From contig CAVUWV010000015.1 of assembly GCA_963745075.1 (NCBI GenBank), forward strand, positions 32,001 through 96,000: a stretch of 64,000 nt of DNA. The letters are read 5' to 3'. Position 1 is the stretch's first letter. Each line of letters opens with the position of its first letter. Shown piece by piece: positions 21,191 to 30,881 of this stretch. Both the position numbers and the translations under genes were made by a program. The stretch comes from Candidatus Hydrogenedentota bacterium. Lineage in GTDB: Bacteria; Hydrogenedentota; Hydrogenedentia; Hydrogenedentales; SLHB01. The notes beneath the pieces are model-generated. The model did no database searches and had not been told where the DNA came from. It saw only the letters and a list, made by a program, of their open reading frames with translations.

Positions 21191-21931
21191 ATGGCACAGC
21201 ACGGTGCGAGGACGAGCAATTGGCGCGTTAGGACCGTTGTTCATGCCTTGGGTGTTATCGGTCTATGCACGATAACCACCGCATGCTGGCCGCGAACTAA
21301 ACCGAGTGATACCGCCGACGTAACGAAAGCAGTGCCCGCAGAAGCCACCGTTCCGGCGGTTAATATTGTACCTGTATCACCGATTAATTTTACGGTACGG
21401 AGTCAGAATCCGGATTTTCAGAGTGCGATCGGCGAGTTGTCCAACGACTTGGGTCTGCGTTTCTCGCCGATGGACAATCTGCCTGGCGCTTATCAGGCGA
21501 CGGCCTCGTACTCGAGTGTCGAAGAGAATCTGTTGCAATGGCATCAGGCCGCGCTGAAACACGGAGCCTTTCTGTTTCGGATCGACTGTAATTTCGGGTT
21601 CAGCGATCGGCCGGACGTCGTGACGGTGCTGCCCACCACGGACAAGTACGAAGTCCTCCAGGCAGTGGGAACCGACGGTGTGAATTTTGAAGTGGACAAT
21701 GCCGCGGTCATCGCCTGGTTGCGCACGATGGAAGAGCAGAATCCCTTTACCTTGACCGGTGCGGGGCCGGACTTTGTGGAAGGTTACTTCGTTTCCCCGC
21801 CGCAGAACGCGCCGGCCTTAGCGAAGCGGATGTATGAGTTTTGCCCGGACATCGTCGATCAGGGCACCGGTACGGTCGAGGCCCTTGCAAACGAAGTGGC
21901 CAAGGGCAAGCTCTACTTGTGGTGGGACTGA
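21191..21931 (+). CDS. DUF4253 domain protein (possible lipoprotein)
   Basis: YEFCPDIVDQG...LYLWWD C-terminus; GTDGVNF. Confidence 0.8.
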   Translation: MAQHGARTSNWRVRTVVHALGVIGLCTITTACWPRTKPSDTADVTKAVPAEATVPAVNIVPVSPINFTVRSQNPDFQSAIGELSNDLGLRFSPMDNLPGAYQATASYSSVEENLLQWHQAALKHGAFLFRIDCNFGFSDRPDVVTVLPTTDKYEVLQAVGTDGVNFEVDNAAVIAWLRTMEEQNPFTLTGAGPDFVEGYFVSPPQNAPALAKRMYEFCPDIVDQGTGTVEALANEVAKGKLYLWWD

Positions 21932-21946
21932 AGTTTAGGAACAAAC

Positions 21947-22921
21947 ATGGATAGGTCGGTGAAGAACCAGAGCAACCAACATCCAACCCTAACCCGCCGC
22001 CGTTTTTTCGGCTCGGCCGCCGCCCTCGCCGCGGCGACCGTTGCCAGAAGTCAGGAAACGCAAGAAACCCCGGCAAAGCCGGGCCCCTTCTTCGACATCC
22101 ACACGCACCTCGGACAAAAGTGGGGCAACCGTCCTCCAATGGACGCGGAACGGCTCCTCAAGTGGATGGACGATCATAACGTCGCGCAAGCCGCCGTGCT
22201 GCCACTCGTTTCGCCGGAGTCCTGGGACCATGTCCTGACGCCTGACTTTGTGCTCAAGCAAACCGAGCCATACCGCGACCGGCTCATTCCCTTCTGCGCC
22301 ATCGACCCCCGCACCATCAACTTGAACGGTTACAAGGCCAAGCTTGATTTGATGCTTCGTTACAAGGAAGCGGGCGCACGCGGTTTCGGCGAACACAAAT
22401 GCGGCATTCCGATCAATGATCCGCGCAATCTGGAAATCTTCGCGGGTTGTGCCGAAGCAAGACTCCCCGTGCTTATCCACATCGACAACAACCGCAATAT
22501 GGACAAACCGGGGCTTCCCGGATTGGCCAAGATGTTGGAACAGATACCGGACGGCATCTTCATCGGTCACGCAAACGGTTGGTGGGCCAATATTTCCGGC
22601 GACTGTACGCAGGACGATATGGGCTCGTATCCCGACCGCCCCGTAACGCCCGGCGGCGGAATCGACGCCTTGATGGACCGCTTCCCCAACATCTATGGCG
22701 ACTTGTCCGCGGGCAGCGGCGCGAACGCGATTACGCGCGACAGCGACTTCGGGCGCGATTTTGTGATTCGACGGGCCGATCGGCTTCTCTTCGGAACCGA
22801 TTACCTCGCACCCGGACAGAAGGTTGCGCAATTCGATTTGTACAGTGGAATGGACTTGCCGGACGACGTGCAAGCCTCCGTGTTTCGGGACAACGCCCGG
22901 ACCTTATTAGGGCTTCAATAA
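21947..22921 (+). CDS. Tat-exported amidohydrolase family protein
   Basis: TRRRFF Tat motif; DIHTH, GFGEHK, LFGTDY. Confidence 0.85.
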   Translation: MDRSVKNQSNQHPTLTRRRFFGSAAALAAATVARSQETQETPAKPGPFFDIHTHLGQKWGNRPPMDAERLLKWMDDHNVAQAAVLPLVSPESWDHVLTPDFVLKQTEPYRDRLIPFCAIDPRTINLNGYKAKLDLMLRYKEAGARGFGEHKCGIPINDPRNLEIFAGCAEARLPVLIHIDNNRNMDKPGLPGLAKMLEQIPDGIFIGHANGWWANISGDCTQDDMGSYPDRPVTPGGGIDALMDRFPNIYGDLSAGSGANAITRDSDFGRDFVIRRADRLLFGTDYLAPGQKVAQFDLYSGMDLPDDVQASVFRDNARTLLGLQ

Positions 22922-22933
22922 GAAGGAAGAATC

Positions 22934-23854
22934 ATGCGCAAGAATGGATTTACCCTCATCGAACTGCTGGTGGTCATCGCGATCATCGGCATCCTGGCAG
23001 CGATTCTCTTGCCTGCCCTGGCCCGTGCGCGGGAAGCCGCGCGCCGGGCGTCGTGTCAGAATAATCTCAAACAGATGGGCATCATCTTCAAAATGTACGC
23101 GAACGAAAGCCCCGGCGAGGGATACCCCCGCGTTCACGGCGATCAGGCTTTTGGCGCGGCCGCAAACGCCACCGGCTGCGATCCAGACTCCCTTCAGGAC
23201 AAGACAGCCTTCGGTCCGAATATGCCATCGATTTATCCGGAGTACTTGACCGATTTGAACGTGCTTCTTTGTCCTTCGGACCGAGATATTTCTAGCGATA
23301 ACCCGCTTCTGATCGTCACGGATGACGGCAGCGGCACGTGCCAATACAACCACGTCGTGACCTATGCGGACCAAAGCTACAACTACTTGGGCTACGTGCT
23401 CGATCAGGTGGACGCGTCAGACTCGACCGTGACTGCGCCATTTCCCGGCCCGGCGCAGTTGGTGGGATTGTCTCTCATGTTCAGCACCGTTTTGTTCAAT
23501 ATGGACCCGGCGGACGACAATGTCGCCGACGGAAGCGTGAATCTCGGCGATTACGGGATGGGCGGCCAGGGGTACGGCAACGGCGGCAGCGATACGATCA
23601 ACCGTATTCGCGAAGGTATCGAGCGGTTTTTGATCACCGATATCAACAATCCCGCCGGTTCGGCCAAAGGCCAGACGGAACTTCCCATTATGTGGGACAA
23701 AATCAGTACCAATCCGACCGGTGGTATCGGCTACAATCACATTCCGGGTGGCTGCAATACGCTCTATCTGGACGGACACGTCGAATTCATCAAGTACGGA
23801 GAAACGTACCCGGCGACGCGTTCCAACGCGACCTTGAATTCGCTGTTCGAATAA
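22934..23854 (+). CDS. DUF1559 prepilin-type N-terminal cleavage/methylation protein with H-X9-DG motif
   Basis: [59 protein letters not shown]. Confidence 0.92.
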   Translation: MRKNGFTLIELLVVIAIIGILAAILLPALARAREAARRASCQNNLKQMGIIFKMYANESPGEGYPRVHGDQAFGAAANATGCDPDSLQDKTAFGPNMPSIYPEYLTDLNVLLCPSDRDISSDNPLLIVTDDGSGTCQYNHVVTYADQSYNYLGYVLDQVDASDSTVTAPFPGPAQLVGLSLMFSTVLFNMDPADDNVADGSVNLGDYGMGGQGYGNGGSDTINRIREGIERFLITDINNPAGSAKGQTELPIMWDKISTNPTGGIGYNHIPGGCNTLYLDGHVEFIKYGETYPATRSNATLNSLFE

Positions 23855-23868
23855 ACGAGGAGATGGCA

Positions 23869-24747
23869 ATGTGCGGGATTCGTCGTGAGCTTTCACGTCG
23901 CGAGTGGCTGCAACAATCGGCCCTCGCGACGGGCGGGGTCGCATTTTCATCCATAACGGCTCGCGCCCAGGATGCGAGTGCGATCCCACGCTTCCGGATC
24001 GGCGCGTGCGACTGGTCGCTGGGAAAACAATGCGACGTGGGTGCGTTCGCCGTCGCCAAGGAACTGGGGCTTGACGGCGTGCAGGTCAGCCTTGGCACCG
24101 AAGCCAACGATATGCAACTGCGGCGCGCGGACATTCAGCAGCAGTATCGCGATGCGGCGAAAGAACAAGGTGTGGCAATTGCCTCGTTGGCCATCGGCGA
24201 GATGAACCGTATCCCGTACAAAAGCGATCCCCGCGCGGAACAATGGGTGCGCGACAGCATTGACGTTTGTACCGCGCTCGGCGTAAACGTCGTGCTGTTG
24301 GCCTTCTTCAGTAACGGCGATCTGCGCGACGACCCCCAGGGCATCGACACGGTCGTCGAACGCCTCAAACGCGTTGCGCCGAAGGCCGAAGATGCTGGAG
24401 TCTACTTGGGTATCGAGTCGTGGCTCAGCGGACCGCAACACATGGAAATCATTAACCGCGTCGGGTCGCCGAACGTGAAGGTCTACTACGATCTCGGCAA
24501 CAGCCATTTGCGCGGGTACGACATCTACCAGGAAATCCGCGACCTCGGCCTGGAACACATCTGCGAGTTTCACGCCAAAGATTACGACAACATCTTCGGG
24601 CAGGGGAAAGTGGACTTCGTCAAAGCCCGCAAGGCCATGGACGACATCGGTTACCGCGGTTGGATCCAGATTGAAGGCGCCAAACCACTCGGCTTCATGG
24701 AAAGTTACACCGCCGACTGCAAGTACCTGCGGAGCGTGTTTTCGTAG
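23869..24747 (+). CDS. Tat-exported sugar phosphate isomerase/epimerase (xylose-isomerase-like TIM barrel)
   Basis: SRREWL Tat motif; LGIES, YYDLGN, FHAKD, IQIE metal ligands. GAGGAG RBS. Confidence 0.85.
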   Translation: MCGIRRELSRREWLQQSALATGGVAFSSITARAQDASAIPRFRIGACDWSLGKQCDVGAFAVAKELGLDGVQVSLGTEANDMQLRRADIQQQYRDAAKEQGVAIASLAIGEMNRIPYKSDPRAEQWVRDSIDVCTALGVNVVLLAFFSNGDLRDDPQGIDTVVERLKRVAPKAEDAGVYLGIESWLSGPQHMEIINRVGSPNVKVYYDLGNSHLRGYDIYQEIRDLGLEHICEFHAKDYDNIFGQGKVDFVKARKAMDDIGYRGWIQIEGAKPLGFMESYTADCKYLRSVFS

Positions 24748-24768
24748 ATCGCTAAGTGGTACCCCTAC

Positions 24769-25857
24769 CTACCGACGCTCGAACCGGCCAACGGGATAGC
24801 CTTCGCGGTACGAGATAATGTACGTGCCGTTTGGCGTTTCGTAGCGCACGTCCTCATCCCGGCGGTCAAAGTCGGACGGCGTGGTGCGGACCTTCGCGTC
24901 GGGACTGTCCGGAAGCAGGTATTGTTCGGCAAATCTGCTGACGATTTTCGTGCGGTTCCCTAAACTGTGTCCCGTCGTCGTCAGGATCTCGCCGTCCAAG
25001 TCCGCATCCGTGATAAAATGCGGTTCCACATCCAGCCCGGCATCTTGCATGTTCTGCGCCATCTCGCGGGCGAGTTCCGGCAAACACGCGTCGTCCGTTG
25101 TGCCATGCACGATCACGATCTTCGTGGAGTTGTCGAGCGCTTTCATTTGCGCCAAATGCGCCGGATTCCCGACGAACCGGATGGCCTGAGCGTCCGCGTT
25201 CAGATAGCGGGGATCGTCCGGATTCGGGCTGTATCCGGCATCGAGCTTGCTTCCGTCCGGCAAATGAAATGCTACGTCGTCGCTCAGTTTCGGCATGCCG
25301 CAGATATCGATGATGCACGCGAAGGTGCGCGGTGCGAACTTGTTCTCCATGAGGGTGACGTTGCCGCCCCCCGAACCGCCGGTGGAGAAAATGCGCCCTT
25401 TGGCAAATGGCATCTTGGCTTGCTCCAGCCCGTCCCAGACGTAGTAGAGAGCACGCAACGCGTCCAAGGCTTGATAGTAGCCGTGATCGTAGGGAACACC
25501 CAATTCCGCATCGTACTTACCACTCTGCACGTAGTCCACGTCGATCGCAACGACGTTGAATTCGTGGGCCAGGACCTTCGGATCCGGTGCGCCATCCGCG
25601 CCCATGCCGCCCCAGTTGTGCAGGCTCAGCATCAGGCCCGTCCGCTCGCCCACGTGACCCAATTCGCCGCCGGGATACGAGAGATAGACCCGAATCGTTC
25701 TGGGTCCAGGTTCCCGAGGCCAATCCTGGGCATCGATGTTCACTTCGCCATCGACAGCGGGAAGGGGAGGTGTCTCAGCCAAAGCGAAACTCGACAACGC
25801 GAACAGGAAAACTATGCCAGCACAGTATCCGGCAGCGATCCACCCACTTTTTCTCAT
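24769..25857 (-). CDS. Secreted alpha/beta hydrolase (DUF2920-like)
   Basis: Signal peptide; LHNWGG, GGSGGG nucleophile motif, VHGTTDD, GHSL. Confidence 0.7.
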   Translation of the reverse strand: MRKSGWIAAGYCAGIVFLFALSSFALAETPPLPAVDGEVNIDAQDWPREPGPRTIRVYLSYPGGELGHVGERTGLMLSLHNWGGMGADGAPDPKVLAHEFNVVAIDVDYVQSGKYDAELGVPYDHGYYQALDALRALYYVWDGLEQAKMPFAKGRIFSTGGSGGGNVTLMENKFAPRTFACIIDICGMPKLSDDVAFHLPDGSKLDAGYSPNPDDPRYLNADAQAIRFVGNPAHLAQMKALDNSTKIVIVHGTTDDACLPELAREMAQNMQDAGLDVEPHFITDADLDGEILTTTGHSLGNRTKIVSRFAEQYLLPDSPDAKVRTTPSDFDRRDEDVRYETPNGTYIISYREGYPVGRFERR

Positions 25858-25878
25858 TCAACTTTCCCTTGGCCCACA

Positions 25879-25910
25879 GTCCATCCTGTCCACAAAGTCC
25901 ATCTGGCCCA
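25879..25910. repeat. 9-bp-period GTCCA tandem microarray
   Basis: gtcca at 25879, 25888, 25897 and gccca at 25906; intergenic. Similar array at 43924-43955. Confidence 0.55.
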
Positions 25911-25932
25911 TCACGCTCACGCAATGCCCCTG

Positions 25933-26457
25933 TTATCCGCCAAGCGCGTCGCAAAACGCCTTGTGCACGTCGTCCGTGAAAAGCACAAACCGCACCATAT
26001 CGATGCTGTCGTGTCCCTCGAGAAACTCCCGCACTGTCTCGATAGCAATCTTCGCCGCGTCTGGAATCGGATACCCATATACACCGCAACTGATCGCCGG
26101 AAACGCCACACGGCGGGCACCGTTTTCTTCGGCCAGCTCCAGGCTCCGCCGATAGCAGCTCGCCAGCAACTCGGGCTCTCCGTGTTCTCCGTCCCGGTAG
26201 ACAGGCCCGACCGCGTGGATAACGTACTTCGCGGGTAGATTACCGCCCGTCGTGATTTTTGCGTCCCCGGTGTCGCATCCGCCCAGTTCGCGGCACTCGG
26301 CCATGATGTCCGGTCCGCCGGCCCGATGAATCGCGCCGTCGACTCCGCCGCCGCCACGGAGCCCGGAGTTGGCCGCGTTCACAATGGCGTCCACGTATTC
26401 CTTCGTGATGTCGCTTTGGACGATTTCGATGATTGCCTTGTTCACATGGGTCTTCAC
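25933..26457 (-). CDS. ymdB: Macro domain O-acetyl-ADP-ribose deacetylase (YmdB-like)
   Basis: DIT, AIVNAAN, GGGGVDGAIHRAGG, VIHAVGP, FPAISCGVYGYP. Confidence 0.9.
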   Translation of the reverse strand: MKTHVNKAIIEIVQSDITKEYVDAIVNAANSGLRGGGGVDGAIHRAGGPDIMAECRELGGCDTGDAKITTGGNLPAKYVIHAVGPVYRDGEHGEPELLASCYRRSLELAEENGARRVAFPAISCGVYGYPIPDAAKIAIETVREFLEGHDSIDMVRFVLFTDDVHKAFCDALGG

Positions 26458-26481
26458 GATTTCATCTCCCGCTCGCGGAAC

Positions 26482-26874
26482 TCAAAAATCGGGCGGCTGC
26501 CGCTTAATACCGACGCTGGACTCGAGTTCGTCTTCGACCTGCGCCGGGTCAACTGCATTGACCAGGACCAAGTTCCGGAGGTGCGTGTAGCTCTCATCGT
26601 CGATCTCGGCGAATTCCAAGGCCAAATGCCCGGGCTCGCACCGGGTCACGGTTCCCTTCGCCGTGATTCGAATCGGCGGTTCGGCGCCCGGCAGCACCAA
26701 GGTCACTTCGCACGTTTGTCCTTCCGCACACTTTGCGTCTAGGGAAAGTTGGAGACCGCTCAAGCTGAGGTCAACCAGCCGGCCTCCCATCGTTTGACCG
26801 TCGGGCGCGGTCAACTCCGCGATGATATCAGTATGGATCCGGGTGAAATCACGTTGATCGTCGGGATCATGCAT
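26482..26874 (-). CDS. PilZ domain protein
   Basis: QRDFTR (RxxxR) and DLSLSG (DxSxxG) c-di-GMP-binding motifs. Confidence 0.85.
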   Translation of the reverse strand: MHDPDDQRDFTRIHTDIIAELTAPDGQTMGGRLVDLSLSGLQLSLDAKCAEGQTCEVTLVLPGAEPPIRITAKGTVTRCEPGHLALEFAEIDDESYTHLRNLVLVNAVDPAQVEDELESSVGIKRQPPDF

Positions 26875-26934
26875 AGATGCCTCCTCCCATTCGGCCCGAT
26901 TTTAGTATATCACGGGCTCGATATGCCCCGAGAT

Positions 26935-27687
26935 CTATGCGGGTTCCGTGTCCTTCAGCCTACGGAGAAGCCGGCGTTGCCGTTCCAGGAACGTGCTGAC
27001 GAAATCGGTCGCGGGCGACTGCAGTATCTCTTCCGGCGTGCCGATTTGGTGGCAATGCCCATCCTTCAATACGGCAATTCGATCGGCGAGATCGAGAGCT
27101 TCTTCTTGATCGTGCGTGACGTAAATGGCCGTGATGCCCAACCGCTTCTGGAGTTCCGCAAGCTCCTCGCGTGTGGCATAACGCAACTCCGCATCCAGGT
27201 TGCTTAGGGGCTCATCGAGCAACAGAATCGCCGGATGCACAGCCAGGGAACGCGCCAATGCGACCCGTTGCTGTTGACCGCCACTCAGATCCGTGACCGG
27301 GCGGCTTCGCACTCCATCCAGTTGGACGCGTTGCAGCGCTTCATCAACCCGCGCGCCAATTGTGTCTTTCGGCATCCCGCGCGCGCGCAAGCCAAAGGCC
27401 ACATTGTCGAACACGTTCATATGGGGAAAGAGCGCATAGCTTTGAAAGACCATCGCCGCGTTGCGGCGCTCGGGCGGCAATGCGGTCACATCCTGCCCAT
27501 CGAAGTAGAGCCGGCCGCTGTCCGGGGTTTCCAGGCCCGCTATCACGCGGAGAGTGGTCGTTTTTCCGCATCCGCTCGGCCCCAACAACGCAAAGAATTC
27601 GCCCTGCCGGATCTCGCAACTGAAATCGCGGATTCCGCCGCCTTCCGCGTAAACGCGTGTGATACCGTCGCAATGAACCGCGCTCAT
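26935..27687 (-). CDS. ABC transporter ATP-binding protein (PotA/FbpC-like)
   Basis: GPSGCGKT, LSGGQQQR, LLLDEP, YVTHDQ. Confidence 0.9.
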   Translation of the reverse strand: MSAVHCDGITRVYAEGGGIRDFSCEIRQGEFFALLGPSGCGKTTTLRVIAGLETPDSGRLYFDGQDVTALPPERRNAAMVFQSYALFPHMNVFDNVAFGLRARGMPKDTIGARVDEALQRVQLDGVRSRPVTDLSGGQQQRVALARSLAVHPAILLLDEPLSNLDAELRYATREELAELQKRLGITAIYVTHDQEEALDLADRIAVLKDGHCHQIGTPEEILQSPATDFVSTFLERQRRLLRRLKDTEPA

Positions 27688-28679
27688 GGGGCGTTGTACA
27701 CCTCATTCTCCCAGCGCGCGCACCACCGCTTTTCGTTTTTTGCGAACGTGGTCCAGTCGATCTTCATGGCGTCGATACGGAGTTTCGCGATCCAGTCCGG
27801 CAACGTGGCGGGATCCAGATCCGTGCGCGTCGGCACCTTGGAATAGGCCTTGGCCTGTTGCGCCAGCGATTCGGGGCTGGTCACGAACTCGTAGAACTTC
27901 TGCGCCCATTCCGGATGAGGCGCGCCTTTGATAATGGCAATCCCTTCGGTCAACACCGGCGTTTGCGGGGGCACCACACAGTCGAGGGGAAACCCGTTTC
28001 GTTCCCGCTGCAACGCCACGTCGGGCATAAGCCATACGCTGACCAAGTCCTCTTGTTTCTTCATGTGGTCGAAAAGAAGTTGCGGATTCTCCAGGTAGGC
28101 TTCGCACTGTTTATGGAGTTTCCGCAACCATGCAATACCGGCGTCTTCGTTGGGCGCCCGCAGGATCATTGCGCCGATGAACGTGCGCATGGTACCCGAA
28201 GGTAAAGGTTTTCGCAGGGTGATTTTCCCCTTCCATTCCGGCGCAAGCAGATCGTCCCAGGTCTGAGGAACCTGGTCGGCGGTGTAGTGACGGTTGTTGT
28301 ACATGATGGCGAGCGGCGACCGGTACGTGCCATACCAGCGATCTTCCGCGTCTTTGTAATCCGCTTCCACCGCGTTTGCCCACGTGGGTCGATAGGGTTC
28401 CAGCAGATCTTCTTGCGCCGCTTGCATGAACATCGTCGACGGACCGCCCCACCAGATGTCGCCCTGTGGACGCGACTTTTCCGCTTTGACCCGGCTGTAC
28501 ACTTCCTGCGAGCCGGCGTCCACCCATTGCACGTCGACCTGCGGATACGCCGCTTCGAACCGCGCCTCGTAATCTTTCAGGATATCCGGTCCATGGGGAC
28601 TGTACACGACCACGACTTCGCGGGAAGAACAACCCGCCATCACCAGAGCAACCAACGCAGCAAACAATCGAATCTTCAT
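27684..28679 (-). CDS. ABC transporter substrate-binding lipoprotein (Fe3+/AfuA-like family)
   Basis: MAGC lipobox; VVVYSPH, DIWWGG, PQTWDDLL, AQKFYEF. Confidence 0.85.
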   Translation of the reverse strand: MKIRLFAALVALVMAGCSSREVVVVYSPHGPDILKDYEARFEAAYPQVDVQWVDAGSQEVYSRVKAEKSRPQGDIWWGGPSTMFMQAAQEDLLEPYRPTWANAVEADYKDAEDRWYGTYRSPLAIMYNNRHYTADQVPQTWDDLLAPEWKGKITLRKPLPSGTMRTFIGAMILRAPNEDAGIAWLRKLHKQCEAYLENPQLLFDHMKKQEDLVSVWLMPDVALQRERNGFPLDCVVPPQTPVLTEGIAIIKGAPHPEWAQKFYEFVTSPESLAQQAKAYSKVPTRTDLDPATLPDWIAKLRIDAMKIDWTTFAKNEKRWCARWENEVYNAP

Positions 28680-29914
28680 TCTTTCACCTGTCTTTCAACA
28701 GCTTCCAGCGCGCATGGAATTGGAACCGGCGGCGCAACCAGATTCCGGATCGCGTCAAGGTCTTTAATGCCCGTGCCCGTGATGATACAGCACACCCGCG
28801 TGTCGTTCCCGTTCCGCGGCACCTGGTTCAACGCCGCAATGACGACCGCGCAACTCGGTTCGCAGAGAATCCCCTCCGTCGAAGCCAGCAGCAATTCTCC
28901 CGCGATGATCTCATCGTCGGTCACCGTCGGCGCGACCCCGTTGGTCGTCCGTATCGCAGGAAGTACCGTATGCCCGTCAAAGATAATGTCGTCCGCGATG
29001 CCGCCTGCAATAGTTTTCGGGTTTGGCCACGGCGTCTTTAATGTCTCCAAAAACGGCGTTCCCATAGCGATGGCCTGTTTGACGGGTGCGCAGCCTGCCG
29101 CTTGTACACCTGCTAAGCGCGGGATCTTCTTCACGAGGCCCATGCGTTCGAGGTCCAGGATGCCCCGCCAGATTCCGCCTAAGAGCCCGCCGCCACCCAC
29201 CGGCGCAACGATCCAATCCGGCAAACTTCCGCCGTTCTGGTGATATAACTCGTACGCAATGGTCTTCGAGCCCTCTACGTTATACGGTTCATGCATGCCG
29301 GACGTGGACAGGTGATACCACCCGAACCGATCGCAGGCCGCGATGCACAATTCGAAAACTGCGCCCGCCGAGGGACTGTCCACGCACAACACCTTCGCGC
29401 CGTATGCCGACGCTTGGGCGATCTTCCCCGGGGCCGCCATGCCGTGCATGAACAATACCGCGCGCATGCCTGCCCGCGCCGCATAGGCAGCCGTCGCACA
29501 TGCGACGTTGCCCGACGAAACCACGGCGACCGTGTCGAATCCCAACTCCCGCGCGTGCGTGATTCCCACGGAAACTTGCCGGTCTTTGAACGATCCCGTC
29601 GGGTTAGAGGTCTCGTTCTTCAGCGTGACGTGTCCAAAACCGTACTTTGCGGCCAGCCGCGGCGCTTCGACCAACCGCGTCGCGCCTTCGCCCAAAGACA
29701 CGATCGAGCCGGCATCCGCGATGGGGAGATACTCCTGATAATGCCAAAGTGACTTCGGTGGGGATTCAAAAGTGCTCGGGTCACCGTCCCCGCGAAACCG
29801 GAGGCTGTAGGGTTCGCCGCAGCTTCTGCACGTTGCGCCGCGCGGCTCCGTCGATGCGGTGTGCCCGCAACCGTAGCAGTAAAACTCGAACTGGGATCGA
29901 ATGCGATCGTTCAT
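28676..29914 (-). CDS. thrC: Threonine-synthase-like fold-type II PLP enzyme
   Basis: N-terminal CxxC...CxxC zinc ribbon; LGEGAT, NPTGSFKDR (PLP lysine), SSGN, EGSKT, PVGGGG, TGTGIKD. Confidence 0.8.
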   Translation of the reverse strand: MNDRIRSQFEFYCYGCGHTASTEPRGATCRSCGEPYSLRFRGDGDPSTFESPPKSLWHYQEYLPIADAGSIVSLGEGATRLVEAPRLAAKYGFGHVTLKNETSNPTGSFKDRQVSVGITHARELGFDTVAVVSSGNVACATAAYAARAGMRAVLFMHGMAAPGKIAQASAYGAKVLCVDSPSAGAVFELCIAACDRFGWYHLSTSGMHEPYNVEGSKTIAYELYHQNGGSLPDWIVAPVGGGGLLGGIWRGILDLERMGLVKKIPRLAGVQAAGCAPVKQAIAMGTPFLETLKTPWPNPKTIAGGIADDIIFDGHTVLPAIRTTNGVAPTVTDDEIIAGELLLASTEGILCEPSCAVVIAALNQVPRNGNDTRVCCIITGTGIKDLDAIRNLVAPPVPIPCALEAVERQVKE

Positions 29915-29960
29915 AGCCGCCTATTCTGGCAAATTGCGGCGAGAGGTACAACGCCCGGCA

Positions 29961-30647
29961 TCAGCGGAAGAGGGACACTTTCAGGAGTTTCCGATAGATT
30001 CGGAACGAATCGCGAAACTTGTTGAAGTGAGAGGAGGGATTGCCTTCCTCGTAGATCGTCTGAATCGGCGCGGTTGTGACCCGGAATCCGGCACGAACGG
30101 CTTTTACGAGAATCTCCATCTCTGTCTCGTAGCGTCCGCCGGGAATTTCCCCAACCACAAACTCCAGCAATCGCCGCGAGTGCAGACGAAAACCGGATTG
30201 CGTGTCGCTGATGCGCTGTCCCAGCAAGATCCGGGTGATTCCCGCGGTGAGCTTGTTTCCAAATCGGCTACGCCAGGGCACGTGCGCCTGATCGAATTCC
30301 CGGGCGCCGATGACAAGATCGGCGTTCTGCTCGACAAAAGCTTCGTACAGTCCGGGCAATTCATTGGGATTGTGTTGCCCGTCCGCATCGACGATCGCCG
30401 CGCAGGTCACGTCCGGAAGGGCCAGCGCTTCTTTGAATCCCCGCATCATGGCGAATCCCTTGCCTTGATTCTCGGGAAAGACGATTACGGTTGCGCCAAG
30501 TTCGCGGAGTGGCTCAGCCGCCCCGTCGGTGCTGCCGTCGTCGACGACGATGACATGGTCGAGGAGTTCGCTCAGGCCCGCAATAACCGGGGCCACCCGC
30601 TCACCCGCATTGAAACAGGGCACCACGGCCGCCACATGTGCTCGCAT
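29961..30647 (-). CDS. Glycosyltransferase family 2 (DPM-synthase-like); start uncertain
   Basis: VVPCFN, VVDDGSTD, NQGKG, DADGQH, DTQSGFR. Confidence 0.88.
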   Translation of the reverse strand: MRAHVAAVVPCFNAGERVAPVIAGLSELLDHVIVVDDGSTDGAAEPLRELGATVIVFPENQGKGFAMMRGFKEALALPDVTCAAIVDADGQHNPNELPGLYEAFVEQNADLVIGAREFDQAHVPWRSRFGNKLTAGITRILLGQRISDTQSGFRLHSRRLLEFVVGEIPGGRYETEMEILVKAVRAGFRVTTAPIQTIYEEGNPSSHFNKFRDSFRIYRKLLKVSLFR

Positions 30648-30881
30648 GTCGCGATCGGGCCCGTCTGGAGTCATCGCATTGTCTTCACCGGCATTACACA
30701 TGGCCGCAACTGTACCACGTTCCGCGCCGAGACGCACTCCGGTGGACGGGCCCCGAAACCTGAAGATGGATTCCCGCGAATGCGGCAATCCATCTTTCGA
30801 CTTACTTGAGAATGCGCTTACGCAGTACGCGAGCCGATTGCGCTATACTAACTCCACGATCGCACGTAGGGGGGATTTGCC

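Noticed and set aside
23338..23868. N-terminal extension of the 469-aa ORF
   Set aside because: It overlaps the DUF1559 gene. The RBS and Tat signal place the start near 23869.
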